IMG/VR virus record: IMGVR_UViG_3300031418_000001
Length of the DNA: 64,000 nucleotides
From: a virus
Taxonomy: Duplodnaviria > Heunggongvirae > Uroviricota > Caudoviricetes
Reading direction: 5' to 3' (one strand)
The translations under genes were made by a program, and so were the position numbers. Each line of letters begins with the position of its first letter. Position 1 is the first letter of the stretch. The notes under the pieces were generated by a model, which was not told the DNA's origin, searched no databases, and saw nothing but the letters and a program-made list of their open reading frames with translations. Shown here one piece after another: positions 46,785 through 56,945 of the stretch.

Positions 46785-47028
46785 AAGCATTGAAATCAAA
46801 AAGAGTCTCGTGCTGGAAAAAGAAGCAATCATTGAGTCTCAGCGTTTAGAGATTAAAGAATTGTTCAACAAGAAAACCGACATGATCCAGAACAACAACG
46901 GTATTGTAAACAAAGAAGTCGATGAAGTTACGCACAATATCAATCGTTTGTTTGATTCAAAAGCTAAGTTTGAAGCTGAAGTAAAAGTACTGAAGAATGA
47001 TATTCTCAATCTGGTACTATATGCATGA
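46771..47028 (+). CDS. coiled-coil hypothetical protein
   Basis: Heptad-like pattern. Confidence 0.65.
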   Translation: METAKSIEIKKSLVLEKEAIIESQRLEIKELFNKKTDMIQNNNGIVNKEVDEVTHNINRLFDSKAKFEAEVKVLKNDILNLVLYA

Positions 47029-47507
47029 AGTGGATTAAAGCCCTGATTTCAGGGCATAAAGAAACCGGAATTAGATTGGATGATTATCTTCATGACTTGA
47101 AATTTGAAGTACACGAAGATAAAAAATATAGTAATATGTTCGATGTTCAGTACCGTATTGAGTTTTCTGAAGATAAGAAAGGACGTATTATAAGTGCAAG
47201 AAATTTACCATATATAGTTATTGTCAAGTACAATAATGAAGTACTTCAATCATTTGAACTATATCAATCATCGTTCTCAGTAGATTATAAGTTACAGATG
47301 AAAGTCGATTATCATGAACAAATATTCATGATGAAAATGAAGTATACTGATGATGAAATTAGTACTTTCAGATTTGAAGACATGAGAAGTCCAGATTTTA
47401 TCTTCAATTATGATATTGAAAATGGTGCTGGTGAACAAATTAAAGCGTACATTGAAGAAATAGATTTCTTGTTTACAGAATACGGTTCCCGCAAATATTT
47501 GAGCTAA
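47025..47507 (+). CDS. probable FN-motif family protein
   Basis: SPDFIFNYDIEN. Confidence 0.6.
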   Translation: MKWIKALISGHKETGIRLDDYLHDLKFEVHEDKKYSNMFDVQYRIEFSEDKKGRIISARNLPYIVIVKYNNEVLQSFELYQSSFSVDYKLQMKVDYHEQIFMMKMKYTDDEISTFRFEDMRSPDFIFNYDIENGAGEQIKAYIEEIDFLFTEYGSRKYLS

Positions 47508-47565
47508 ACCCTTGCTTTAATCCTGTTTTTATGTGATAATCCTTTCATAGACTGAACAGGGGGAA

Positions 47566-48351
47566 TTGACCATGACAACAAAAACTGACGCTGAAATTAT
47601 GGCAACCATCAACAAGAGCTTTAGCTCAATGATGGACACTGTTGAATGTATCATTGACCCCTTCAATCCGATTCGTGCCATGATTGTCAGTGGTGCTGCT
47701 GGTGTTGGTAAATCATTTAACCTCATCAAACGTCTTGAGCAAGCCGCAGAGAACCTGGAATGTACTTACCACAAGATCAGCGGTAAAATTACTCCATTGG
47801 GTTTGTATCAAGTACTTCATGAATCACGTAACTTAGGATCAGTACTGTTACTTGATGACGCAGATGTTTTCAGTGAAGAAGGTACTTTAGACCTGCTGAA
47901 AGCTGCTCTTGATAGTTCCAAGACTCGTACTGTATCGTACATAACGAACTCACCAACTCTGGCTAAGCAAGGTATTCCAAGCCAGATTGAGTACTTTGGT
48001 AAGATTATATTCATCACGAATAAGAACTTCTCAAAAGTACTTAAAGGTACTTCTAAAATGAAAGACCATGTTCGTGCTTTAATTACCCGTGGTTCATTCA
48101 TTGATTTGCACCTTCATGATAACCGTAGCATTATGTTACAGATTGAAGATGTAATGAAGAAGTCTAATATTATGTCACAGTACGGCTTAAGTACTGGTCA
48201 GTGTAATGATGCGTTAGTATTCATGAAAAACAACGTAGAACGCCTCATGGAGCCATCATTACGTATGGCAGTAGAGATTGCTGGCTTTATGCTCAAGTAC
48301 CCGCAGAACTGGCGTCAGCTTGCAGAAGTTAACTGTTTGTGGCCTGAATAA
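47566..48351 (+). CDS. AAA+/P-loop ATPase
   Basis: Walker A GAAGVGKS, Walker B LLLDDAD, sensor IIFITN. Confidence 0.85.
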   Translation: MTMTTKTDAEIMATINKSFSSMMDTVECIIDPFNPIRAMIVSGAAGVGKSFNLIKRLEQAAENLECTYHKISGKITPLGLYQVLHESRNLGSVLLLDDADVFSEEGTLDLLKAALDSSKTRTVSYITNSPTLAKQGIPSQIEYFGKIIFITNKNFSKVLKGTSKMKDHVRALITRGSFIDLHLHDNRSIMLQIEDVMKKSNIMSQYGLSTGQCNDALVFMKNNVERLMEPSLRMAVEIAGFMLKYPQNWRQLAEVNCLWPE

Positions 48352-48352
48352 G

Positions 48353-48378
48353 AAAAGCCAGCGTTAAGCTGGCTTTTT
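48353..48378. terminator. bidirectional terminator
   Basis: AAAAGCCAGC GTTAA GCTGGCTTTTT between convergent genes. Confidence 0.85.
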
Positions 48379-48379
48379 G

Positions 48380-49531
48380 TTATACAGTATCTTTGGCAAG
48401 TTTAAATGTAGATGTTGTGAAGTTCACCACGTTAGCAGTTGCACCAGGCGGTAACTGATAAGCACTGATATAATCACCAGCCATCATTATTTCATTATTA
48501 CCCTTCTGGTAATAAGATATACGACTATTGTAATTGAATCCTGTAATATCTACTGGTAATGTTGGAAGTGCAGTAAACACGTACTTATAACCAGTTGAAC
48601 CTGTACCTGAACCATATCCCGAATCCCCTGAATAGTACCAGTTATTATTAATAAAGATGTGTGCCATTCCACTACCAACGCTGATCCGTGTTGGAACCCC
48701 AGGTAAATTTGTCAATAATTTCAGTACGTTGTTGGCTGATGTGTTAGATGAGCCTGTACCCAATCCTAACGCACCATTGCTGTTATTCCCACACACATAC
48801 ATTCCATTATCAGTAAGGGCGTAGAATTGCATCTGCCCCGCTGCAATCTTGTTTACCGAGGCTAAGCCTGGTATTGTCGTTAACGTGGTGACGTTCGCAT
48901 TAGATGCAGTACTGAAACCACACTGTGTATTAGCATTATTACCTGCTACTTTAACAGTACCATCCTGCATTAAGAAATAAGTACTTCCCCCATCCGTTGA
49001 CATTTTAATATCAAGTACTGAACCGAATGTACTAAGATTTCCAAATAATGATAAGGATGAAACTTTTAATGTATCTCCAGTGAATAGCCCACCGTAAGAA
49101 TTAGTACCAATCCGGTACATATCACCTGCGTCAGTTACGCCAATGAAAGCATTAGTACCTAAGCACATAAATTTATAATTATTGAATCTACTGAAAGAAG
49201 TGGTTATATTCTGCCATGTTGGTGTAGTACTACCGGATGGATTAAGTGCCTGGTTGTTACCACACCAGTACCATGAATCATCAATGGTTCTTATAAGTAC
49301 TGCTGAACCTGAATACCAGAATTGTTTAACGTCTTCTCTCAGTACTTTCCATACTGTTGTACTGGCTGTTGTTCCATCACCAAAGGTTGAACTGTTTTGT
49401 CCGTAAACATATAATCTTCCAGCAAGATCCTGAACGTATATAGTACGGAAACTTGATTGTATATCAACAATCTTATTTGTTATTACTGTTTCCTGATTAG
49501 CATATGTAATTAGTATACAAAAAGGTAACAT
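48380..49531 (-). CDS. MLPF-leader RCC1/BLIP-II-like beta-propeller protein
   Basis: Start MLPFCILITYAN; repeats such as CGNNSNGALGLG; an upstream in-frame leader exists at 49654. Confidence 0.75.
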   Translation of the reverse strand: MLPFCILITYANQETVITNKIVDIQSSFRTIYVQDLAGRLYVYGQNSSTFGDGTTASTTVWKVLREDVKQFWYSGSAVLIRTIDDSWYWCGNNQALNPSGSTTPTWQNITTSFSRFNNYKFMCLGTNAFIGVTDAGDMYRIGTNSYGGLFTGDTLKVSSLSLFGNLSTFGSVLDIKMSTDGGSTYFLMQDGTVKVAGNNANTQCGFSTASNANVTTLTTIPGLASVNKIAAGQMQFYALTDNGMYVCGNNSNGALGLGTGSSNTSANNVLKLLTNLPGVPTRISVGSGMAHIFINNNWYYSGDSGYGSGTGSTGYKYVFTALPTLPVDITGFNYNSRISYYQKGNNEIMMAGDYISAYQLPPGATANVVNFTTSTFKLAKDTV

Positions 49532-49668
49532 AATAATTCTCCATGTTGTTTGAAATGTTAAATAAAAGTTAAATTTATTTAGCAATAAAAAAAGCCAGCA
49601 TTTAGCTGGCTTAATTGAATTTGCGTATTGTACCATTCGTGGAAAAGGCAACATGTTCCCCCCCCCCC

Positions 49669-50511
49669 TTAAACTATTTTGTATAAAGTACTTGTACTTA
49701 TAGCATATGCATGGTTGTAAGAACATACAAGACCACCTTCAGCATGTCCAACTGGTAATGAAGAATTTAGTAATGTCCAACTGTTAGTACTTAATTTATA
49801 AGCATATAAACCATTTGTTGAACTACGTGCATATATGTTATCACCCATACGTGAGATCTTTTGTCTTGAACCTGAGCCTGGATAATTAGCCAGTGTACTC
49901 CATTTATTAGTTTCTATTGAGTACTTTGCAAAATTATTACCATAAAGATAATATATATAACCTGAACTATAGATCCAGCCACCTTCAGCACTATTTGTTG
50001 TATAAAATGGCAAAGATGCTGACCCAGTAGTAATCCATACATTATTAACAATATCGTACTTATAGAATACGTTATTTTTCTGGTAATATATAAAGTCATT
50101 ATTATCATAATCTACGCATATTGAATGGTCATAAGTAGCGGAGGGTAAATTAGCTAAAGTATCCCATGTTCCTGTTGTTAAATTATAACGGTCGAATCTA
50201 TTAGTATTGCTATATCCACCTGCACAATATATATATTGACCATTAGTAGTGAATGCAATGTTTCTAACCGATACTGGACGTGTTGCTATTTGAGTAAATG
50301 TATCGTCTTCTGGATTAATTTGAAAAATTTGCGATGATTGTGTTATAGCAAACAATTTCTCTTTGTATGAAGTCATACGAGTGCCATATGCACCAAAATT
50401 AGTGTTAGTACCTAAAGTACTTACCGTTCCAGTTAGTGAATTAGGATTCTTATCATCATCATTTCTAACTACTGTATTGCCGTATCGTGTTAATTGTGAA
50501 AATGGTAGCAT
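49669..50511 (-). CDS. MLPF-leader Kelch-repeat protein
   Basis: YIYCAGGY..RYNLTTGTWDTLA repeats. Confidence 0.8.
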   Translation of the reverse strand: MLPFSQLTRYGNTVVRNDDDKNPNSLTGTVSTLGTNTNFGAYGTRMTSYKEKLFAITQSSQIFQINPEDDTFTQIATRPVSVRNIAFTTNGQYIYCAGGYSNTNRFDRYNLTTGTWDTLANLPSATYDHSICVDYDNNDFIYYQKNNVFYKYDIVNNVWITTGSASLPFYTTNSAEGGWIYSSGYIYYLYGNNFAKYSIETNKWSTLANYPGSGSRQKISRMGDNIYARSSTNGLYAYKLSTNSWTLLNSSLPVGHAEGGLVCSYNHAYAISTSTLYKIV

Positions 50512-50519
50512 ATTTCTCC

Positions 50520-51677
50520 TTAAAATCCAGTTGGCATCTTTATTTGCACATATTGTGCGGTTGACGACCCACCCTGATTAACCAATGCACCTAATGCATA
50601 TAACCTATTGTTTCCTGCTGTTCCTTTGTAAAAAAGAATACTTTCTCTTAGATCAGTACAGTACATTTCAGGAATAATACCCACTTCAGCCGCAGGTAGT
50701 GAACGTACAAAAGTTTTCGCAGTAGTTTGAGAATTAGTATTAAGTATTGGTATATTATTAGTGTTACCATGAGCATAACAAGCACGAGAAGTCGCATTGG
50801 CATAATAAACATATGATCCTGCTGCACCAGCAATATCATGACCGGAGCTAAGAGAATAACCATTAGTTGCGTTATTAGCTCCACTTGCGTTAACAACTCC
50901 ACTTATACCAGAATATACTACAGCACCTGTAGTTGTTAATGCTAATATATTTGCTACTGAACCAAAATAAACTTTTTTAATGTTTAAATTTGTTAATGAT
51001 GCAGTATATGTAGAATATGAACTTGTTGTTGTTGAATTGATTTGTTTAAATGAGTTGCTACCTGACATATACAATTTGTTATTATAATCTAAAATTGCAG
51101 AACTGTCATACTGATTATACATACCATAAAAGAATACATCCATTACTGGAGTACTTGTACTGAATGGTACTAAAGTATAAGTAGTTTTGCCACCACTCAT
51201 TCCAAACATAGTATAACCATTCGACCCACTCCAGTATAACTGACCATCATTGGTAAGTAATGCACTTGAGTAATATCCAGGTTTAATGTACTTAATGTTG
51301 GTGACAGGAACTGGAATACTTGCAGTTATATTAACCCAAGAACTAATAACTCCAGTACCCATTGCAACTGAACCAAACATGTTTGAATTTTGAACCTGTC
51401 CACAAGCCCACACTGTTCCATCGTTTTTTATTACTACTGTACAACGTGAGTTATTACTGAATACACGTGCAACATTATTCATTTCATTACTTTTGTACCA
51501 CTGTGCAGTAGTACCATTTGTTGTACCATTACCAAAATTACCATAAGTATTAAATCCATAAAAGTACAGATCTCCTGCCCCTGAAACAAAAGCAAAGCTG
51601 CTGTTTCCGGCATCATATGATACAATCTCACTCTTAGGTAATATTGGGGTCTGGCTTATAATTGGGAAGGGTAACAT
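50520..51677 (-). CDS. MLPF-leader RCC1-like beta-propeller protein
   Basis: DGTVWACG, DGQLYWSGSN repeats. Confidence 0.8.
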   Translation of the reverse strand: MLPFPIISQTPILPKSEIVSYDAGNSSFAFVSGAGDLYFYGFNTYGNFGNGTTNGTTAQWYKSNEMNNVARVFSNNSRCTVVIKNDGTVWACGQVQNSNMFGSVAMGTGVISSWVNITASIPVPVTNIKYIKPGYYSSALLTNDGQLYWSGSNGYTMFGMSGGKTTYTLVPFSTSTPVMDVFFYGMYNQYDSSAILDYNNKLYMSGSNSFKQINSTTTSSYSTYTASLTNLNIKKVYFGSVANILALTTTGAVVYSGISGVVNASGANNATNGYSLSSGHDIAGAAGSYVYYANATSRACYAHGNTNNIPILNTNSQTTAKTFVRSLPAAEVGIIPEMYCTDLRESILFYKGTAGNNRLYALGALVNQGGSSTAQYVQIKMPTGF

Positions 51678-51688
51678 TTTATTTTTCC

Positions 51689-52816
51689 TTAATTGTATGG
51701 TGTTGGCATTGGAACATAAACGTAACTACTATTAACAAGTATCATTGATGAATAACCAGCCGCGTATACCTTATTATCATATACATAATAAGAAGCATTA
51801 CTTACAGAACATATATTACTTATTGAACCTAAATTCTGTGAAGTTATAGAACCAAGAGCCTTTGTAAATGTAGTTACTGTGGTATTTCCATTATTAATCC
51901 CAAACCGCCCACCGCCATTACTACCAGTACTATACATTCCATCTGAAGAAATTACAGTACTCATATAGAAATCAGAAGATACAGGTAATAAAGTACATGC
52001 GGTTAATCCTGGGTTATATGGTAATAACTGCCATGAAGTTCCAGTGCTTCCATTACCTAACTGTCCGTTACCTCCATTACCACATATTCTTAATGTACCA
52101 TCAGTCAGTATAAATGATGTATTATATTGTGAAGTACTAATATCAATACAGTTAAAAGATGTGTACTGCTGGAATGTTGTGAAAACGGTAGTCTCGTTTG
52201 AACCTAATAATACCCGATAAGTGTTAGTACCGGTACGCCATATCGTGCCATCATTCTTGATGATCCATGTTCCAGCTAAGGCACACTGAACCTTCTTAAC
52301 GTTAGTACCATTCGCAAGTGCAGTCCATACAGAAACACCCGCAGTACTCGATCCTGAACCTAAACCATTGTACTGATTACTGCCTATTCCCCATAACTTA
52401 TCAGTACCATCAATAAGGAATAACCTTCCTATATCGGGAGCAGATTCAATGGACTTAATAGTACTTAAATCAAAAGTACTGAACCTTGAAGTAATATCAA
52501 CATATGTAGTACTCGTACCCGCTCCAGTAAAAACATAACCAATGTTTCCTGAACCGTATACCTTATTGTCATTAGTAACTAATATACTGAAGTTCGGGCC
52601 AGAACAATATAAACGTACATTATCCTTTAACCGTGTCCATGCGGAAAGTAATGTAGTATCACCTGTTCCGTACTTACCCGAGCTATTAGTGCCTAACGCA
52701 TAGGTATCACCTGAATTATATTGTAGTACTATACTGTTATTTGAAGATGATAAACGCCTGATCCCTGGATTTTCAGGCTTTATTCTTAAATTGTTAATTA
52801 TTGGAAATGGTAACAT
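51689..52816 (-). CDS. MLPF-leader RCC1-like beta-propeller protein
   Basis: CGNGGNGQLGNG repeats. Confidence 0.8.
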   Translation of the reverse strand: MLPFPIINNLRIKPENPGIRRLSSSNNSIVLQYNSGDTYALGTNSSGKYGTGDTTLLSAWTRLKDNVRLYCSGPNFSILVTNDNKVYGSGNIGYVFTGAGTSTTYVDITSRFSTFDLSTIKSIESAPDIGRLFLIDGTDKLWGIGSNQYNGLGSGSSTAGVSVWTALANGTNVKKVQCALAGTWIIKNDGTIWRTGTNTYRVLLGSNETTVFTTFQQYTSFNCIDISTSQYNTSFILTDGTLRICGNGGNGQLGNGSTGTSWQLLPYNPGLTACTLLPVSSDFYMSTVISSDGMYSTGSNGGGRFGINNGNTTVTTFTKALGSITSQNLGSISNICSVSNASYYVYDNKVYAAGYSSMILVNSSYVYVPMPTPYN

Positions 52817-52825
52817 ATTATATCC

Positions 52826-53974
52826 TTATTCCGGTGTTCTTATTGGCGTTAAAACATACGTATCTGCATCTAACCATAATGCACTGACGCCACAAGCGTA
52901 TAAAAGATTATTTGATACAACGAAAGTACTTCCACTGTTACTCGCCAACTGCCCTACTCTACAGAATGACTGTACTCCTGGTGCCGGAAGAGTCATTTCA
53001 CTGAATCCTGTGTTTCTTGCAGTACTGGACGCAATGTTTGCACCCGCTGGCCCTGCTGCGTATAATTTAGTACCTGAAGTGTAAAAGTTCTGATAGTCGA
53101 AGTTAATATAACCTGTACCAAAGTTACTGAACTGATTATCAGCACCACCAGCACCTATAGTAAACTTAGTTACTGAAGAAGTACCATTAAATGGTATCTG
53201 ACCACCTGAGTTATAACCGTTATATCCACAAAACAATATTCTGGTATCAGTTAAAGTACTGTCACTTGCAGCAAATATCATGGAATTTCTGTAACCTTCA
53301 TATGCCTGTACTGGATAAGTATAACCAGAAGGTAATGCAATCTGTACCCAAGTAGTCTGTATAGCATTACTTCCAGTACCTAACTTGTAGTTATCACTAT
53401 TACCAACACCCATTAGCTTATTATCGTTAGTAATGGCAAATGAACAGTTAAGATTATAATTAATGGACTTAACGTTACTAAGTGATAGCTGGAATGAAGT
53501 TATGGTTGAAGGTAATGCACCAAAGTAGGACTGATAGTTAAATCCAATCGCAAATAACCTTGAATCATTTAACAGTACAAAAGTACCCTGAGTTCCAGCT
53601 TGAATAGATCTTATAGTACTTGCAGGCGTGGATGTTAATGCATATAATTTATCGTAAACTATCCATGAAGTAGTACTACTATTATAACCAAGAGAACGAT
53701 AATAACCTGCACATAAAAATTGATCATCAGTTGTCTGTACTATAGTATGATTTGTACCGCACCAAACATCCTTAACATCAGTCCTGACAAGTACCCACTC
53801 CTTATAACTGTTAGGAGAAGTAATCCCGAACTGATTATAGTTATTAGCACCACGCATATATAAATGCCCGTTGCTGTACAGTAATGCTAAAGTAATATCA
53901 CTGGATACCACTTTCTTTATAGTACTTTTTATAATAGTATTACCGTACTCATTCATTATTGGAAATGGTAACAT
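52826..53974 (-). CDS. MLPF-leader RCC1-like beta-propeller protein
   Basis: LYMRGANNYNQFG, VWCGTNHT. Confidence 0.8.
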   Translation of the reverse strand: MLPFPIMNEYGNTIIKSTIKKVVSSDITLALLYSNGHLYMRGANNYNQFGITSPNSYKEWVLVRTDVKDVWCGTNHTIVQTTDDQFLCAGYYRSLGYNSSTTSWIVYDKLYALTSTPASTIRSIQAGTQGTFVLLNDSRLFAIGFNYQSYFGALPSTITSFQLSLSNVKSINYNLNCSFAITNDNKLMGVGNSDNYKLGTGSNAIQTTWVQIALPSGYTYPVQAYEGYRNSMIFAASDSTLTDTRILFCGYNGYNSGGQIPFNGTSSVTKFTIGAGGADNQFSNFGTGYINFDYQNFYTSGTKLYAAGPAGANIASSTARNTGFSEMTLPAPGVQSFCRVGQLASNSGSTFVVSNNLLYACGVSALWLDADTYVLTPIRTPE

Positions 53975-53983
53975 GTGAACTCC

Positions 53984-55129
53984 TTATACTAATCCGGTTA
54001 CATTTAATAAAGATAGTGTCGGTACGTTTGACGGGTAATCAGGCATAAGACCAGGATAAGTACTGTCAAAATAACCACACGAATATAACCTGTTAGCCTT
54101 TACTGCTACCGTTCTGTATGAACCGTGTGCAATGTATGAACTTCCTTTAAGATCCGGTACTATACTCCACGTCGCCCGTGTAGTCTGTGAAGCAGAACTG
54201 TTGCCATCACCAATAGCCCACCTGTCAGCACCCGCCCCGTATACGTCTCCGTTACTCAGTACCATATGAACTGTGTTAGATACTGAACCATAAACCTGCA
54301 CCGGAAGCATTGAAGAAACTTTCTGAAGTAAATTACCGTTCCCATCAATTACACCTGTACCAAACTTACCATTCAGATTTCGCCCTACTGCATATAAACC
54401 ATCACTCTTGAGTACATATAAAGCAGTCTGTGAAACCCACATATCAAGTGCTCCAGTAGTAACAGTAACAAATGTACTCCTGTTGGATGTACTCGATGAA
54501 TCATTTAAATTATAATATTGGTTCAAACCCGCACCCCTGATAGTACCGTCTGTTCCCAACAAATAAGTATTCTCACCGCCTGGAGTAGTTAAAGCCTTCT
54601 GTACTGAACTTACACCTAAATCAAATAATCCATTGTAGTTACTCGTAGTTCCCTGACCTAACTGTGAATATAAACTGTTAAATCCTGAACCATATACCCT
54701 TCCGTTCTGTAAAGTAACAATACATGTATAATCACCTATACTCACGTACTTAATAGATGAACCTGAAGTACTTAACATGTTATTAAACATAGTACTAATA
54801 TCAAACCACGTATTAGGTATAGTACTCGTACCAACAAACGGATAACCTCGCCCTGCGTAATACCACGTATTATCATTCTTTTGTATCAATGCACTAAGAG
54901 ATGCATTTACCCATATATCCTGTACGTTTGAATTAGAAGCGTACCAGTAATCAGTCACGTTCGTTGTATCAGTCTTCCCTAACTGCTTAACTGTGTTCAT
55001 CCCACGAGCATATAAATTCCCCGTCTTAGTAAGTACATATAATGTGTTTAATCCAGCATCAGCTTTCTTTATTATATCAGTACTTCCTAATGTATTGCCG
55101 TATGTACTCATTATAGGAAATGGTAACAT
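53984..55129 (-). CDS. MLPF-leader RCC1-like beta-propeller protein
   Basis: LYARGMN..QLG, LYAVGRNLNGKFG. Confidence 0.8.
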   Translation of the reverse strand: MLPFPIMSTYGNTLGSTDIIKKADAGLNTLYVLTKTGNLYARGMNTVKQLGKTDTTNVTDYWYASNSNVQDIWVNASLSALIQKNDNTWYYAGRGYPFVGTSTIPNTWFDISTMFNNMLSTSGSSIKYVSIGDYTCIVTLQNGRVYGSGFNSLYSQLGQGTTSNYNGLFDLGVSSVQKALTTPGGENTYLLGTDGTIRGAGLNQYYNLNDSSSTSNRSTFVTVTTGALDMWVSQTALYVLKSDGLYAVGRNLNGKFGTGVIDGNGNLLQKVSSMLPVQVYGSVSNTVHMVLSNGDVYGAGADRWAIGDGNSSASQTTRATWSIVPDLKGSSYIAHGSYRTVAVKANRLYSCGYFDSTYPGLMPDYPSNVPTLSLLNVTGLV

Positions 55130-55138
55130 ATTATCCTC

Positions 55139-55636
55139 CTAAAAATTATAATAACGTACCGGAGTACTTGCAGTACTCGGATTATATCTCATTACGTGCT
55201 TAGTATCTTCATCGTAATATATAAAGTCCGTAATCAATAATCCAGTGAAAGAACCATATGAGGAAGATGTTAATCCATTTCTTGATACAGCCAAATAAGA
55301 AGGATAAGTACTTCTGACTGAACCAGTGAATGCTACTAAACGAGCCGCAGAATAACCTACAGTCCACATCGCCTGTGAAGGATACATATGTCTTACAGCT
55401 AAGTACATTCTACTGTCATGCGTAACCCGTGTATTATAAGGAGAACCCCACATAGTACCACTTGTACCACCAATAACAGTACCGTACATCTTCATAGCCG
55501 ATGGGTATGTATTAAAACCATTAACTAAATCTACCTTTGTATAGACAGTTCCGTTCATCAATTCATCCTTGAATAACTTATATTCATCACGTAGTACAGT
55601 ATTACCGTACCCGTTCATTATCGGAAATGGTAACAT
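55139..55636 (-). CDS. MLPF-leader LCCL-like domain protein
   Basis: MWGS...HDSRMYLAVRH...SRNGLTSSSYG matches the LCCL consensus pattern. Confidence 0.6.
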   Translation of the reverse strand: MLPFPIMNGYGNTVLRDEYKLFKDELMNGTVYTKVDLVNGFNTYPSAMKMYGTVIGGTSGTMWGSPYNTRVTHDSRMYLAVRHMYPSQAMWTVGYSAARLVAFTGSVRSTYPSYLAVSRNGLTSSSYGSFTGLLITDFIYYDEDTKHVMRYNPSTASTPVRYYNF

Positions 55637-55662
55637 AATTTTCCCCTTTTAATTGTATTCAG

Positions 55663-55672
55663 TATTTACCCC
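55663..55672 (-). promoter_or_regulatory. putative late promoter GGGGTAAATA
   Basis: Conserved 10-mer upstream of 55636. Confidence 0.65.
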
Positions 55673-55770
55673 AAAAACAAAAAAGCCTGTTTATCATAAA
55701 CAGGCATAATTTTATTATTCATTACATATCTTTTGTATTGGTAGACAGATATTATTGATATTAAAAACAT
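55666..55770 (-). pseudogene. orphan leader remnant (MFLISIIS...)
   Basis: GGAG RBS plus a degenerate MFPISIIS leader that runs into a terminator. Confidence 0.5.
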
Positions 55771-55780
55771 CTTACTCTCC

Positions 55781-56935
55781 TTAATATGGCATGTCTTCTG
55801 TAAGTGAAAATCTACTTTTAGTTACTAATCCAAATGTAGTTCCTACACCCTGACCAGTATGATATAACTTACCAGATATATTCATGAATGTTCCAAAAGT
55901 ACTTGCTGGAGTTATACCAAGTACTGTATCTGGATTCTGTGTAGTGTATCCACTTACATTCTTTGAATACATAGAGTCAGTTGCAGTGTAACCTGTACCC
56001 CTTGCATAGTTTGTGCCTGCACCACTTGAATATATACCTCCCGTACTCCCAATCCCTAACCCAAAGTTGAATGTGGTTATAGAAGAACCTACTATCTTTA
56101 GTGAACTGAATACATTATCTAATGCAGTTATTCTTGTATACGTCGATAAAGAACTGCTTGAATTTGTACCTAATATTCCAGTATTAGTTCCCGCTGCATA
56201 TACCATAGTATTACCTGCTGTGTTCTTTAATAATATCATACTGGCTTGTGTACCTAATGTATAATCCTGTACAGTATATCCAGTAGGATTACTAAATGCA
56301 GTGTAAGATACTAAATTACTTCCTGAACCTAAACTATAATTAGTACTGTTTCCACTTCTGTACATTATTCCAGAATTGTTAATAAATCCTGTTGCACCAT
56401 TCATTGCAAATATAGTCTTTACTCCAGTAAATGCCAGATCTAATGTAGTCCACTGAGTTTTACTTAATCCTAACTCATATGAATAAGAATAACCTAAACC
56501 GTAAAGATTGCCATTCTGTACTAATACCATAATTGAGTAACCAGCAATTTTTATATCCTGTATTGTACTAATATCAATTGAACTAAATGAAGATGTTACA
56601 TCCGTCCAGACTGTATAGTATGTGTTAGTGGTAGTACTTGCAGTAATAGCACTCTTACAACCTACGTACCATATGGTATTATCATTCTTTACTACTATAC
56701 TTCCAAAATCAGCAGTGTAAAATAAACGAACATTTGTATTGCTTAAGTACCAATTGGTAGTAACAGAAGACGTACTTCCTGTACCTAATCTGTAGAAGTT
56801 TCCATTTCCCCTTGTATATAATTCTCCGTTGTCATAAAGTATTCCTATAGTATTACCACCTGAACTTACCTGCTTTATCTTCGGCGGTGATAATACAATA
56901 TTCCCGTACTGACTAATTATTGATATTGGAAACAT
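55781..56935 (-). CDS. MFPI-leader RCC1-like beta-propeller protein
   Basis: Start MFPISIISQYGN at 56935; LYTRGNGNFYRLG. Confidence 0.8.
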   Translation of the reverse strand: MFPISIISQYGNIVLSPPKIKQVSSGGNTIGILYDNGELYTRGNGNFYRLGTGSTSSVTTNWYLSNTNVRLFYTADFGSIVVKNDNTIWYVGCKSAITASTTTNTYYTVWTDVTSSFSSIDISTIQDIKIAGYSIMVLVQNGNLYGLGYSYSYELGLSKTQWTTLDLAFTGVKTIFAMNGATGFINNSGIMYRSGNSTNYSLGSGSNLVSYTAFSNPTGYTVQDYTLGTQASMILLKNTAGNTMVYAAGTNTGILGTNSSSSLSTYTRITALDNVFSSLKIVGSSITTFNFGLGIGSTGGIYSSGAGTNYARGTGYTATDSMYSKNVSGYTTQNPDTVLGITPASTFGTFMNISGKLYHTGQGVGTTFGLVTKSRFSLTEDMPY

Positions 56936-56945
56936 ATTCCTCTCC

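Noticed and set aside
49532-49726. 448-aa ORF start at 49726
   Set aside because: It overlaps the upstream gene and crosses a terminator; the family leader and RBS support 49531
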